A stretch of 64,000 nt of DNA from Felis catus (Eukaryota): positions 90,522,001 to 90,586,000 of the forward strand of contig NC_058368.1 of NCBI RefSeq assembly GCF_018350175.1. Direction: 5' to 3'. This document shows, in pieces, positions 1 through 13,800 of this stretch. Made by a program: the position numbers and the translations under genes. Numbering within the stretch: position 1 is the first letter of the stretch; every line of letters begins with the position of its first letter. The notes under the pieces are model-generated. The model worked only from the letters and a program-made list of their open reading frames with translations, ran no database searches and was not told the origin of the DNA.

Positions 1-459
1 GCATGCCGACTTCACCTGCCTGTCTCATGGCTGAAACTGGAGCTTTGTGGGCAGCTGGTATCCCCACAGTTTTGTTCCACTGTCCAAAGCAGAGCAGAGC
101 AGACATGTCTTGAGTGAGATTTAAATGGGAAAAGGTTATTTTTCAAGTTAAAATTTAACATTTCAAGACTTTTAGATGTGAATTAATAGAAGTGCTGGAA
201 AGGCCAGGCCAGAAGAGGTTCTGCTATAAACCAACCATGTTACCACAGACAAACTCTTTCATCAATTTCAGCATTTTGTGGCTTATGAAATGGTGTCAGG
301 CAATCTAGACGATCACTATGGCCCCATTGCAGCTACAGTGGTCTACGTTTCTCCTACCATTTAGACAGGATCACAGATTATTGAAATTATGAGATCTTAG
401 CCAACATTTGGTTGTTTAGGCCACATGGAATGTATGAAATGCTGCACTCCAAGACTCAC

Positions 460-649
460 CAGTCATCCGGTTTGACAGCATCAGGATCTGGTATTTTTGG
501 TCTTTCATCCCAGTCCTCAGGCTTCTGGTCATCTGGGTCCTCAATTTCACGTGAAGGATTTACAGAAGGAGTCATGTCGTTTAGCAAATTTCCACTATTG
601 ACAACAGATTGGTCCACTAGTATTTCAAAACTATTATCTGGATTCAGGA
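460..649 (-). CDS. CANX: Calnexin coding exon 8 (190 nt; [25 protein letters not shown]...[22 protein letters not shown], start of P-domain); gene continues beyond the left edge
   Basis: Calnexin P-domain repeats KPEDWD/KPDDW; AG acceptor at 651-650, GTGAGT donor at 459; phase continuous with exon 7. Confidence 0.97.
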
Positions 650-2035
650 CTGAAAAAATTAAATGCAATTTTAAAAAGTTAATTAACCACTCATTCCCCA
701 AGCTCTCTTTACACAACAGAAGATCATATTTCTAACAGAAAACAGAAGCACAGAGTAATGACCTCAGGGCATTAGAGTAAGAACATGGTCTTGAAACTTT
801 AAGCAAATTAACCCACTCTTCCTTAACTATAATTCATAAACACTAGTTCCTCAGAATTTTAAAATTAAAACATAATGATACATAAAATTTAAAACACCAA
901 AAGACTTCAATTATGGACATTAAAAACAGCAAAACACCAAAGGTATATAAACTGATGCAATGATGATCCGATACAAATGGTTACACACCAGTCAACAGGC
1001 AAATAAGTTTATTTATTATAACCATCCCCCCAAGTGGAAAAAGCCCTCTTCCTCATTTTTTGAATTGGTACTACCGCCATCTATGTTACTAAAATTTCAA
1101 AGTACACAAGTTTTTTATTTTATGCATAGAACCACATGTCCATTTATGGTTGTACTTTTGGAGCCCAGTAGAATTTTAAATCCATAAAGGTATCTCAAAG
1201 GAGACTTCCTCTAAAGCCCAGATCCTACACCTAAATCTCTCCCAGGCAGCATATCCAGAATACTATGGAAATCAAGCAGCAACCACTCCGCTGTCCTCAG
1301 TAATGACCAAGACCAGCAATGTCAGCAGTAGTATGTACTCACGGAGAGCTGCTGCTGCTTTTGTGAAGTTAAGAGAACAAGTGAAATATAGCACCTTCAA
1401 TTTTTAATAAAAAAAAATGACACGTGTTTATACACATACAGCCAAACATATGTTACAATGTTGATATTTCAAATAATTTTAAACATCTTTTGTTTTGCTT
1501 ATTTCCAGCTTTTGAATTCCACACTGAGTATGTATTACTTTTGTTACAAATAAAAAAAGTTACTATATTCTTTAAGAAAAGAGGCATGTCTATATACGCT
1601 CAAACCATCAGGAAAAACTTCATTAAAACAAAAGATGCAGTCCAAACGATTAAATTCAACTGTCTAGGTGTTGGAGCATCCAAAGTTCAACTGACAGATA
1701 ATTTGAAAAAAAAAGTACATATATTTCTACTGTGTCCTATCATTTAACATGTTATCAACAAGAAAATAATGACAAGAAAACGAGGGGAATCAGCAAAGCT
1801 CTTTATGGAACACGAAAGATCACTCTGAAAATGTCTCAAACCCCACTTCTCAATTCAACCTACGGGAGGAGAAACCTTTTTTTTTTAGTGATGAGAGGTT
1901 AAGTTCTTTACACCACTACGATATTAAGTCAACAGAAACTCTTACTTGCAGGCTTGGGTCTCCTCCAGGTGTACAACCTTTAAATTAAAAAGATGATAAA
2001 TGCTATCACACCCCCAAATTAATGCATATTCTTAC

Positions 2036-2228
2036 TTAATGTATAAAGATGTGTTTTCTTATCAGTAAAATAGGTCTTTAGATCTGCATCTGGCCTCTTA
2101 GCGTGCTTTTCTTCATATACACCCGTTTTGGGGTTTTTGTGGCGGAAGATGAAGTGCAATTTATAGTCTTCTCCACATTTATCTGGACCAAACATAATCG
2201 TATAAGGGGTCTTGTCGTGGAACTGATC
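2036..2228 (-). CDS. CANX: Calnexin coding exon 7 (193 nt; [34 protein letters not shown]...THLYTL)
   Basis: Calnexin/calreticulin signature [11 protein letters not shown] and GTAAG splice sites. Confidence 0.97.
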
Positions 2229-2441
2229 CTTCAGAAACAAAAATGAATTAGTTTAAGTGACTCAGTCAAAGTGTTCAAAAGCAAACTTTCAAAGTGTGAT
2301 ATTTCCTCTAATAAAATCCCAGTAAGTTTTTGGCACCTTAAAGAAAAAACATTCATTTATGAGGCTTATATAGCTACCAAAGAAAAAGAAACTTTACATG
2401 AGAATATATGAAACTGCTTTAAAAAACAAAACAAAACAGTA

Positions 2442-2671
2442 GGGGCACCTGGGTGGCTCAGTTGGTTAAGTGTCCAACTTCGGCTCAGGTCATTATCTCA
2501 CAGTTCGTGAGTTCGAGCCCCACATCAGGCTCTGTGCTGACCGCTTGGAGCTTGGAGCCTGCGCTTCAGATTCTGTGTCTCCCTCTCTCTCTCTGCCCCT
2601 CCCCTGCTTGCACTCTGTGTGTCTCTATCTTAAAAATAAGCATTTTTTAAAAAAAAGTTAAAAAAAAAAAA
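2442..2671 (+). mobile_element. Can-SINE (SINEC_Fc-like); one example of dozens across the window
   Basis: GGGGCACCTGGGTGGCTCAG head, B-box GTTCGAGCCC, (CT)n tract, A tail. Confidence 0.9.
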
Positions 2672-3296
2672 GTCAAACTGGTGCAGTCACTCTGGAAAAC
2701 AGTATGGAGGTTCCACAAAAAATTAAAAATACAACTACTCTACGACCCAGCAATTGCACAACTAGGTATTTATCCAAAGGATATAGGTGTGCTGTTTTGA
2801 AGGGGCACATGCACCCCAATGTTTATAGCAGTACTATCAACAACAGCTAAAGTTTGGAAAGAGCCCAAATGTCCACTGACGGATGAATGGATAAAGAAGA
2901 TGTGGTATATATATATACAATGGAGTATTACTCGGCAATCAAAAAGAATGAAATCTTGCCATTTGCAACTACATGGATGGAACTGGACAGTATTATGCTA
3001 AGTGAAATTAGTCAGAGGAAGACAAAAATCATATGACTTCACTCATATGAGGACTTTAAGAGACAAAACAGATGAACATAAGGGAAGGGAAACAAAAATA
3101 ATATAAAAACAGGCAGGGTGACAAAACATAAGAGACTCTTGAATATAGAGAACAAACAAAGGGTTGCTGGAGGGTTTGGGGTGGGGGGGCTAAATGGGTA
3201 AAGGGCATTAAGGAATCTACTCCTGAAATCACTGTTGCACTATATGCTAACTAACTTGGATGTAAATTTAAAAAATAAATAAATTATTTTTAAAAA
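2672..3296 (+). mobile_element. 5'-truncated carnivore L1 (ORF2 end plus 3'UTR) in a CANX intron
   Basis: ORF 2819-3001 [31 protein letters not shown] is the L1 ORF2 C-terminus; G-rich 3'UTR and A-rich tail. Confidence 0.9.
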
Positions 3297-3807
3297 GTAA
3301 TGCATATACCTATAGCTAGTTACTGCTTCTTTCATAAAACAAAGAAATAAGTTTGCCAAAACTAAAAATTACCTAGAACAGAAATCAGGACAAGATAGAA
3401 TGGCTTTGAAATTCACATTTCAAATAAAAAGCAAAGAAGTGTCAAAGTCATTATTCCCAATCCTCTAAATATTTCAAAAGCAGGAGAGGTCTTTATTTAC
3501 ACAAGTGTAAACAAAACTTTCCTTTTCTCTAAGATCCTTAAAAGATAACTGTGTGGGCGTCTGGGTGGCTCAGTTGGTTGAGTGTCCGACTTCAGCTCAG
3601 GTCATGATCTGCCAGTTTGTGAGTTCGAGCCCCATGTCAGGCTCTGTGTTGACAGCTCAGAGCCTGAAGCCTGCTTCAGAGTCTGTGTCTCCCTCTCTCT
3701 CTGCCCTTTCCCCACTCATGCTTTGTCTCTCCCTCAAAGATAAACATTAAAAAAAAAAAAAAAAAGATAACGGTGGGTGGTCCCATAAGGAAACAGGAAG
3801 TACCTAC

Positions 3808-3889
3808 CAGGTTGAGTTCTGGGGTTTTGGAAAGCAGTTTCACATAGGCACCACCACATTCTATTCCATTTTGGAAATTAACCTCATAC
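3808..3889 (-). CDS. CANX: Calnexin coding exon 6 (82 nt; [27 protein letters not shown])
   Basis: Signature [11 protein letters not shown] and GTAGGT splice sites. Confidence 0.97.
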
Positions 3890-4431
3890 CTAATTTCAAA
3901 GAGAAAAGCAGAAAACCATAAGCCATTTTGAAAGATCAAATTTCTTAATTTACTTCCCCTTTCCCCCAATCTTGGTCACATATTTTATCACAGGTCATAC
4001 GTTTATCCTTAAGAAAAATTCCATCTTCTATTGCTTTTGAAGATTTTTTTTTTTTAAGTAAGCTCTATGCCCAGCATGGGGCTTGAACTCACCACCCCGA
4101 GATTAAGAGTCACACCCTCTACCAACTGAGCGCCTCATCTTCTTTTGTTTTTGAATGACTACTCAATACCCCCCACCAAAAATAAGTAAAATAAAACAAA
4201 ACCTTAATGCAGATTCCCACTGAACACTTTTTACAAAACCCAGAAGTTCATTTGATATTAGGGGAAAAATAACAAAGAATTTATTCAGCAGGAAAAATAT
4301 ACTGGATTATAGGATGTTTAATACACCCCAAACCAGCTACTAGAACATACAATTATTCTCATAATTCTTTAAAATACAGTAATAATGTTCTGAGATCTAG
4401 GAAGTTTCTATCAAGCAAATGTTTCACTCAC

Positions 4432-4573
4432 TGAACAATGAGAGGCTTAGTATCAAACAGGAAGGGCTTGTTCAGTTTCGCGGAGATGGCATGATGCTTG
4501 GCCCGAGACATCAATACAAGTCCTTTATCACCTGGAAGCTTTGTTTCCTTCATTTCATCTACCTCCCACTTTC
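4432..4573 (-). CDS. CANX: Calnexin coding exon 5 (142 nt; [46 protein letters not shown])
   Basis: Manual minus-strand translation; CAG and GTGAGT splice sites; phase consistent. Confidence 0.96.
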
Positions 4574-5023
4574 CTGCAAGACATCAGAAAAAACTCCAGG
4601 TATTCCTTAATTATACCTTTGAAGATCTCTTAAATGGTAACAGACAAAACCCCAAGTTAAGTCTATCATGCTGGCAAATTTTTACCATATTCCATTTACC
4701 TATGAGAGCTGGTCTATTAAACATACACACATTTAACAGGTATTAGGATATGGTTTTTAAAAACCTGTAGCATATTCACTTCATCAACGCCTAGAAAGAC
4801 CTTCCACTTCCAACTGACAGTACCACAGGTGATAAACTACCTCTCCATTTTATGGTATGAAACAGTCAACAGGTCTAATCCTATGAACACACAGACAGCA
4901 AAACTCCCAAGGAAAAAATCTTAAAATGTACACATATTCCTTTCAAACTAGCCTTAAGAGATACTATGGAAACAACATGTGAAGCCTCAATTTGCTCTTA
5001 CATCTACATCAAATGGAACTCAC

Positions 5024-5082
5024 CATCATATTTGGCAATTTCATCATCAGTGTCCTCTTTCTTGGCTTTGGATAAAATCCAC
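5024..5082 (-). CDS. CANX: Calnexin coding exon 4 (59 nt; WILSKAKKEDTDDEIAKYD)
   Basis: Manual translation; TAG and GTGAGT splice sites. Confidence 0.95.
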
Positions 5083-5240
5083 CTATAATTAAGAAGACAA
5101 ACCCCCAAATGAAGATGTAAAGGACAGCTGGCCTGTGAAAAGAATCAATGGAAATACTAACAAAAGCAAGATCTACCCAGGTCTTTGTAGCCTATTTAAC
5201 CACTCTACTTTGTTTGACTTTTATTTTTTATTTATTTGTT

Positions 5241-5289
<49 letters not shown>

Positions 5290-5952
5290 CACATGCTCCA
5301 TGTGCAAACTTAGAAGACAGAGAGAGAGGGAGACAGAATCCCAAGCAGGGGGGGACCCTAGCTGGCTCAGCTGGAGAAAGCATGCAACTGTCTGAGCCCC
5401 ACGTTGGGTATAGAGATTACTTACTTACAAATAAATAAATTCAAAAAAAAAAAAAAAAAAAATCCCAAGCAGGCTCTGAGCTGCTCAACTTGGGGCTCAA
5501 TCTTAAGAACCATGAAATCATGGCCTAAGCCAAAATCAAGAGTCAGACACTTAACTGACTGAGCCACCCAGGTGCCCCTCTTCAACTTTTAAATCTGCCA
5601 CACAAATAGTAATACATTGAATTCAACTCACAAACCTGTTAAAAAAAAAAAAAAAAAAAAGTACCAAACCCAGGAAACAATTCCACTTTTTTTGAGACTT
5701 AAGAGAAAAAAATTTTTCAATTCAAAGAACAATACATAGGGTCGAGGGAAAAAGAGAAATGGAAATTAGACCCACATGCTCTAAAAAAATTTTCTAACTG
5801 GGCATGTTCTAAATTTTCCTAAAACAGCACAAACACTGGGGACATAAAATAGACATTTCACTACATGAAATGCTATGCAAAAAGGAATCCATTATCACAT
5901 CTTACTTATGTGAGGTTTGCCTCCAAGATGTTTTCCCCTAAGAGACACTTAC

Positions 5953-6026
5953 CCTGACAGAGTTCCTCTGTCAAAGGAATCAGCAAAATACACTTCCCCT
6001 GTTGGAACCGGAGCTTTGTAGGTGAC
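5953..6026 (-). CDS. CANX: Calnexin coding exon 3 (74 nt; VTYKAPVPTGEVYFADSFDRGTLS)
   Basis: Manual translation; TAG and GTAAGT splice sites. Confidence 0.95.
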
Positions 6027-6281
6027 CTATGTTTAATATAAAAATGAGACTCAAGAATTGAAATTTGCAGCACTATTCCCTTCTTAGTAGGATTTGCTTT
6101 TAATTATCCCAAATTTTTATAGCAGGCCCTCAATCCAATGTATAAAAAATTTATCATTGGCAAGATATACAAAAGGCTACTATTTTTAACTCAACTTCCC
6201 TTTGGAAAAAGGTCCAAATTTACCTTCATCCTTTGATTATCTCAAGAAGTAAAACAAATAGATTCAAAGACCACTTCAAAC

Positions 6282-6455
6282 CTTTGGAGACGGAGGAGCA
6301 CTGGTATCTGGTTTTGATTTTGAGTCTTCTACCTCTTCAATAACATCATCGAGGTCGTCCTCAATATCAATCATATCATCATCATGGCCTTCGTGAGCAT
6401 GAACAATTGTCGTTCCAAGGACCAGTAACATACAAAGCAACCACTTCCCTTCCAT
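6282..6455 (-). CDS. CANX: Calnexin first coding exon (exon 2, 6282-6458; ATG at 6455; MEGKWLLCMLLVLGTTIVHAHEGHDDDMIDIEDDLDDVIEEVEDSKSKPDTSAPPSPK)
   Basis: Signal peptide plus acidic N-terminus of calnexin; acceptor AG at 6460-6459; GTTTGA donor at 6281. Confidence 0.96.
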
Positions 6456-7832
6456 GATCTACATATAAAAAAAGTAAAGTAAGTTAAATGTATCACTTCC
6501 TTTTAAAATCTTTGTAAAGAGGGGCACCTGGATGGCTCAGTCTGTTATGTGTCCAACTTCAGCTCAGGTCATGATCTCGCGCAGTTCATAGGATGGAGTC
6601 CTGCATTGGGCTCTGGGCTGACAGCTCAGAGCCTGGAGCCTGCTTCGGATTCTGTGTCTCCCTCTCTGCCCCTCCCGTGCTCGTGCTCTGTCTCTCTCAA
6701 AAAATGAATAAACATTAAAAAATAAAAAACTAAAAATTTCGTGAAGACCACTAACCCCTCTCTTATTTAAAATTAAGGCATTCAAGGGGCACCTGGGTAG
6801 CTCAGTCGGTTGAATCTCCGACTTCCGCTCAAGTCATGATCTCACCTTGAGTTCTAGCCCACATTGGGCTCAGTGCTGACAGCTCCAGGCCTGGAGCCCG
6901 CTCTGGATTCTGTCTCTCTCTCTCTGCCCCTCCCCCGCTCATGCTTTGTTCTCTCAAAAATGAGTAAACACTAAAAAAAAATTTTTTTTTTAATTAAAAC
7001 TTTCAAATCAGAGCCAGAACAACTTAACCATGACTATTTCATTTTACAGGTAAAGAAAGTGAGCCAGAGAAATCAAGGGATTTTCCTAAAAATCAGTCAG
7101 TTAAAAGATTCAATTTCAAGAAAATTTCAAAATGAAACTCAAAACGATTGTTCCCATATATAATATCATGTTGGCCACCGACCTAGGGTGTCCAAATGCA
7201 ATTTCAAACTAGCTTTTTGCATTTATAAAGAGTTTGACAATGGGCAAAAATCTCTTTCACATATTAATTTACAATTTACAATGACATGGTAACAGAAGAG
7301 CTAATCAGCCTCACATTAAAAAGTTAATAGAGATATTGTTCCAAGATCATCAAGTTTAGATAGAGCTTTTTAACTAGTGTTTTAAGGCTCACCAACAAAA
7401 ATACTAAGCCAAGGACCAGCTACTTTTATCTCTTATTTTTTAAACACTTAAATGTATTATATCAGGCTGTCATGGCTGGTAGTGGGTCCTCTTTCTAAGG
7501 ACCACAGATCTAAAGATATAAAAGCTGAGCCACGTGGATGCACAGCATGATTTAAGAATATATAGTACAGAGTTTTAATTGTGCCAGATGAAAAGAGTTC
7601 TAGAGATGGAAGGAGGTGATAATTGCACAAGAATGTGAATATACTTTATGCCACAGAACTGTACACTTAATAATGGTTAAGATTTAAATCTTCAACAGAA
7701 ATTAATTTTTTAAAAAAGAGAGTAAATCTTATGTGTTTTTAAACCACAATAAAAAACTCAAGGAAAAAACCTGAGCTTAATATTTTTGGTCTCTTGTTTA
7801 CAATAAAGACTTTTATTTCTCAGGCAAAGTCC

Positions 7833-7917
7833 AAAAAAAAAAAAAAAAAAAAAAAAAGAAAGAAAGAAAAGAAAAGAAAAGAAAAAAAGAAAGAAAGAAA
7901 GAAAGAAAGAAAAAAAC
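7833..7917 (+). repeat. Poly(A)/(AAAG)n simple repeat
   Basis: Direct reading. Confidence 0.9.
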
Positions 7918-9188
7918 TGAAGGAGCTCCTTCACAAACTTCAAATGGCCCCAATACACAACCCTGGCTGCCATTTTGACCAGTTAAGCTCCTAGAAAAAA
8001 CATAAATCAATGTACTCTCATGTTGAATTTAATGCCAATTCCTTACAAACTCTGTAATCCTTTAGTGTAACTCAACACATAGAACTAAATTTTCATGCGT
8101 CATTTCCTGGTATTTCTTTTATTTACGCATCTTAGGACTGTGTTCCCAAAATGAAAGAAGGTAAAGTAGACTGGATTCTTAAATGTTTAGCATCTAGACA
8201 ATGCAGAAAATACAAGTATTAATAAAACCATCCATAACCTTTCCTAGGACTGGATTAGTTTTTAGAAAAAACTCAGTATCAACATTCTGCTACAGTCTCT
8301 TATATACTTAAAAAATGCCAGTAATCACTCATTTATTCACTGGAAAGACCTCTATTTTATGCAATCAAAACAATATACAATGGTATAGCAGTACTGCTTT
8401 GATTTACAACTATAAGGGAATTCTGTGAAAGTAAACAGGCTGATTCAACCCTTTTATCTAAATCAATTTTATAGAACTCCTAAGTTCTCTCTCATACAAA
8501 CAATGCTATAAATGGGGATTAGATCCCCAGCAAAAAGCTATAAAACCAAATTAGCCCTAAACACAGCTAAAGCAACAGCTTTATGGCTACAGCTTTTTTT
8601 TTAAATTTTTTTAAATGTTTATTTATTTTTGACAGAGAGCATGAGTGGGGGAGGGGCAGAGAGAGAGGGAGACACAGAATCTGAAGCAGGCTCCAGGCTC
8701 CAGGCTCCAAGCTGTCAGCACAGAGCCTGATGCAGGGCTCGAACTCACAGACCGTGAGATCATGACCTGAGCCAAAGTCGGTTGCTCAATCGACTGAGCC
8801 ACCCAGGCGCTCCTGGCTACAGCTTTTTAAAAGTAAACAAAATGTGGTTAAGACTAGTAGTAATTAAAAGTACAAAACAGGGGTGCTTGGTGGCTCAGCT
8901 GCCTAAGCTTCCAACTCTTGATTTTGGCTCAGGTCATGATCTCACGGTTTCATGAGATCAAGCCCCCACACTGACAGCTCGGAGCCTGCTTGAGATTCTC
9001 TCTTCCTCTCTCTCTGCCCCTTCCCCTCCCCTCACACTCTAGCATGCTCTCTTAAAAAAGTACAAAACCAATGGATTACTTAGGACTAAATAAGTACTGG
9101 TGCTGGAACACTCTTTTCCAAGGAAAAAAGCTAATTAGGGAGACAGTCTGGTAGGCTAACTACTCACCTTTAAAAAAGGTAGGACTGA

Positions 9189-9222
9189 ATCGCTTCTCGG
9201 CCTTTTGGCTAAAATCAAGTGC
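9189..9222 (+). pseudogene. 3'-truncated (tailless) U2 snRNA retrocopy, about nt 1-34
   Basis: ATCGCTTCTCGGCCTTTTGGCTAAAATCAAGTGC matches the U2 5' end with 2 mismatches; flanked by 14-bp direct repeat AAAGGTAGGACTGA (9175-9188 and 9223-9236). Confidence 0.92.
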
Positions 9223-9276
9223 AAAGGTAGGACTGATTTTTATTCCTCAATAATTTTTAATTTGTTGATATATTGT

Positions 9277-9666
9277 TGCTATGGACTGAACCGCATTCCC
9301 TGGCCACCCCCCCGCCCCAAATCTGTTGAAGCCCTAACAACTTCCAATGTGACTGTATTTAGAAACAAGACCTTCAAAAATTAAGGTTACTTAAGAGGTC
9401 ATAGGGTAGGGGCCCTGGTCCAGTGGAATTGGTATTCACATAAGAGGAAGAGACACTAGAAGCGTTCATGCACAGAGGAAAGTCCACATGAGGACACAGT
9501 GATGGCAGCTCTCTGCAAGCCAATAAGAAAAGTCCTCACCAGAAACCAATCCCGACAACCACCTTCATCTTGAGACTTCCAGCCTCCAGAACAGAGAGAA
9601 AATAATTCCCTCCTGTTTAAGCCCTGCCCTTAGTATTCTGTATGGCAGCCCAAGCAGACTACAACA
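9277..9666 (+). mobile_element. MLT1-type MaLR solo LTR
   Basis: TGCTATGGACTGAA start, internal CTTCCAGCCTCCAGAAC, ends TATGGCAGCCCAAGCAGACTACAACA. Confidence 0.7.
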
Positions 9667-9698
9667 GCTGTCCTCAGGTTTTTAAGTATAATGTAATG

Positions 9699-9861
9699 CA
9701 GTGCTTCTCAAACTTACACAGACATCAGCATCACCCAGGGGTGAAACAGATTGCTGGGGTTCATCCCGAGTTTCTGATTCTGTCCACACCTGAATTTTAC
9801 CTAACTAGTTCCAGACGATGCTGAGGCTGCTGGTTCAGGAATCACACTTTGAGAACCACTG
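9699..9861. mobile_element. MER5A-like hAT MITE
   Basis: Terminal inverted repeats CAGTGCTTCTCAAA / TTTGAGAACCACTG around about 160 bp. Confidence 0.75.
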
Positions 9862-10899
9862 CTTAGGGTTTATGAATAATCCATCTGTGCTTCGTTTTCC
9901 AGGATATAAAACATTTTCATATATATTGTTCATGTAAAACCTCCCGTGAGGTATTACTCTTTTATTTCACACATTATGAATGAAAACTAAATGAAATTAA
10001 AATAGCCTACTTATTACCACAACTAATAAGTGAGACTCAAAGAATTCAAATCCTGTATTTCTATTACACTGGACAAAGTGTTACTACGCAGTTGAAACTG
10101 ACAGAGTATAATGAACAGAAGACAGGAAGACTAAGGCAGGAAGAGCTAGTAGGGAGTGATCTGGAACAGGGGGGTTCAGGTAGGGTTAGTGAGGAAGGAG
10201 CGACTGCAGAACAGTTAGTCCCAGATGTGGACCAAGGAGCATGGGGAGAGAAGGCATCTGCGTCACGGAGGCAGAATGGTCCCACTGAAAGGAAAACAGT
10301 TTTCAGGTAGCAGAAGGCTACCTGTCCCATCAGGAACAACAAAGAAAATCTCTAGCAAACTTCAGAAAATGCACTTCTCCCCCACTGCCATCTCCTCTAC
10401 ACTCTGAGTTGCAGAACCTGGTTTTTTAGGTAAGAGAAGTGTGCGGGAACTCATCGGTCACTTTCACATTATCCAGAAGGTCACGAAGCCTATGAGGAAT
10501 CGGTATGGCCAAACCACAATGCTCACAGCTCTTACGTGCCCTCATGAGCCTCACCCACTGCCAGCTTTACATATACTGCCTTAACACCAGTAATCTGCCA
10601 GTACTCCCGAGAAAATGCTACGGCCAATAAGTCCATTCTAGTTCCCACAATCACTATTAAGCATCCTTAAATGTTCCAAGTTCTGTCAGAGACTTGTCCA
10701 TACTCACAAACAATTCAGCAATGTATATGAAGGTGATCTTAATTCTCTGTTTTGTTAATGAAAATCCAACATTACCAAGACAAAAAATTCCCCCATCTTA
10801 TTTCAGTCCCTCTGCCCACACTCTTTATATCAAATGGAATCCAAAGGTAGCACTGACTGCCTGGGTATTTACATAGGATGTTGGCACTACTATGCTTTC

Positions 10900-13800
10900 T
10901 AGAAGAAAACAGGAGAAAATTTAGGTGATCTGGGGTTGGACAATGAGGTTTTACATACAATATCAAAAGCAAAATACATGAAAGACCAATTGGTAAGCTG
11001 GGTTTTACTAAAATTAAAAATGTCAAGGGGCACCTGGGTAGCTCAGTTGGTTAAGTGTCTGACTCCTGATTTCAGCTCAGGTGGTGATCTCATGGTTCAT
11101 GGGTTCCAGCCTCACATGGGGCTCTTGCTGACAGCACAGAGCCTGCTTGGGATTCTGTCTCCCTCTCTCTCTCTGCATCTCCTCGACTCGCACTCAAGCT
11201 CTTGCTCTCTCCGAGAACTTCAACTCTGAGACTTAAAGAACTCAAACTCACCAATAAGAAAATAAACCAGCCAGTCAAAAAATGGGCAAGAAATCTGAAC
11301 AGATACTTCACCAAGTGAAATATTCAGATGGAAAACAAACATACGAAAAGATGCTCAATATAATTTGCCAGTAACTGCAAATTAAAACAAGATACCACCA
11401 TGCACCTATGAGAATGGCTGAGATAAAAAAAAAAAAAAAAATGGCAAGGATGTGAAGCAACAGGAGCTCTCACTCATTGCTGGTGAAAATGCAAAATCGT
11501 ATACCCACTCTGGAAGACAGTGTGGCAATTTCTTACAAAACTAAACATAGTCTTACCATATATTCGGCAATCATGTTTCTAAGTACTTACCCAAATGATC
11601 TGAAAGCTTACAAGTGCCCAAAAACCTGCACACCAATATTTCTAGCAGCTTTATCCATAACCACCCCAAACTTGAAGAATCTAAAATATCTTTCAATAAC
11701 TCTATGAATAATAAGCAAACTGCAATGCAACATTATTCAGCAATTCAAAGAAATGAGTTATCAAGCCATAAAAAGACATGGATGCATTTTAAACGCACAC
11801 TGCTAAGTGAAAGAAGCCAGTCTGAAAAGGTGACAGGCTGTATAATTCCAATTAGATGACATTCTGAAAAAAGCAAAACTACAGATACGGTAAAAAAAGA
11901 TCAGTGGTTACCAGAGGTTTGGGGAAGGCAGTCAGGTTGAACATGTCAGCATCAGGGATAATTTACACAGTGAGACTACTCTGTAGGATGCTATAATTAT
12001 GCATACATAACACTATGCATTTGTCAAAGCCCATGAACCTTCACAGCACAGAGTGAATCAAAAGTATGAAAATTTTTAAAAAATCATTTAGGAGGTCGAG
12101 TGATCCAAGGATAGCATGCAGATGTGACAATCTGTGTTACGCATATATTAAACAGCCTCATCGAAAGGGGTGGAGGGAGACAATGCCGACCTATGTAACT
12201 TCAGAAACAAGTGGGGTGTGTAAACTTGACTGTACAAAAACATTTTTCTAGCTGGTGAGTTATTTCCTATGCGTGTACTGGCTAACAATTCTGACACCGC
12301 TATATGTGTACACTGGAACTGAACAAGTGAGTATTTGGGTGGTGGATGGTGGGAGCCACTTTTCATTGCTGGGTGTGGGAATTTACCGATAAGAAAAAGC
12401 CAGAATACTCTATATGGTAATGGAAGACAGTCGGAGACATCAGCACAAACTCATGTTGTGCTTAATTTACAGAAGATTACACATAGTAGTATTTATAGAT
12501 ATGTGCATATATACCCATTAGTATGCACACACTTCCTTGATGTGACACTTGCGAGGACCTAGAAGAAACTATACCCCGGTACAATAAATACACCTAATAC
12601 CAAGATCTTGGGGTTTTGTTTGTTTGTTTTTACATTTATTTATTTTTGAGAGAGAGAGAGACAGCACAAGTGGGGGAGGGGCAGAGAGAGGAGACACAGA
12701 ATCCGAAGCAGGCTCCAGGCTCCAAGCTGTCAGCACAGAGCCCGACGCAGGGTTCGAACTCACAAACCGCGAGATCATGACCTGAGCCAAAGTCGGACGC
12801 TTAACCGACTGAGCCACCCAGGCGCCCCTAGATCTTGTTTTTTTTTTTTTTTTAATTTTTTTTTTTAATGTTTATTTATTTTTGAGACAGAGAGAGATAG
12901 AGCATGAACGGGGGAAGGGCAGAAAAAGAGGGAGACACAGAATCAGAAGCAGGCTCCAGGCTCTGAGCCATCAGCCCAGAGCCCAGCGCAGGGATCGAAC
13001 CCACAGACCGCGAGATCGTGACCCGGGCTGAAGTCGGACACTTAACCGACTGAGCCACCCAGGCGCCCCTTAAAGCAGGCTTCATGTCCAGTGTGGAGCC
13101 CAACGCAGGGCTTGAACTCATGACCCTGAGCTCAAGACCTGAACTGAGATCAGGAGTCAGACATTTAACCAACTGAGCCACCCAGGGGCCAACCAAGATC
13201 CTGATTTTTAAAACCACTTCCAAAAAAAGGGGGATCCCTTGGAGAAATGGCCAACTCTAGGATTGGGGCAGGAAGTACACAAGATAAACCTGGGACATCT
13301 TGCAGTGCCAGAAAAAAAAAATGTTCAAAAAAGAAAACAAAACTAAAATACCCATAATGATGGCAGGGTATGTCAAAAGAACACAGGAAAGAGTGCCCAA
13401 TGGCCAAAGCTGGAACAGCATGAGCAAAAAATAAGTGGTACTGGATAATACCCCAAAGTATAAAATAGATGCCCATGGATCTATACTGATACAAATATAT
13501 GGGTAAAAAAATAAATGGGGGAGGAGAGCCTAATTCCCCACTCCTAACGTGTGGGCTGCACATAGTGATGTCCTCCTAAAGAGAACAGTATGGGAAGGGG
13601 GAAAGAGAGAGGAACTTTCCACTGGAGAAACGTGGCAAACACTGCCTCACCCAGGTGATCAAAGTCAACATCAACAGTGACAGGTCAGGTTGGTAGCATG
13701 TACACTGGATACAATATGATGAAAGAAAGGACTTTAACCTCAATGGTTTTCCTCCCAAATACCCCCAGTCTAGTCATGAGGAAAACAACAAACAAAATCC

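Noticed and set aside
412..735. Plus-strand 107-aa ORF
   Set aside because: Antisense shadow of CANX exon 8
7758..8010. Lys- or Phe-rich ORFs
   Set aside because: Products of the poly(A)/(AAAG)n repeat
10064..10700. Complex non-SINE segment with short ORFs in CANX intron 1
   Set aside because: No recognisable protein or splice structure; may be an ancient repeat but I cannot support a call
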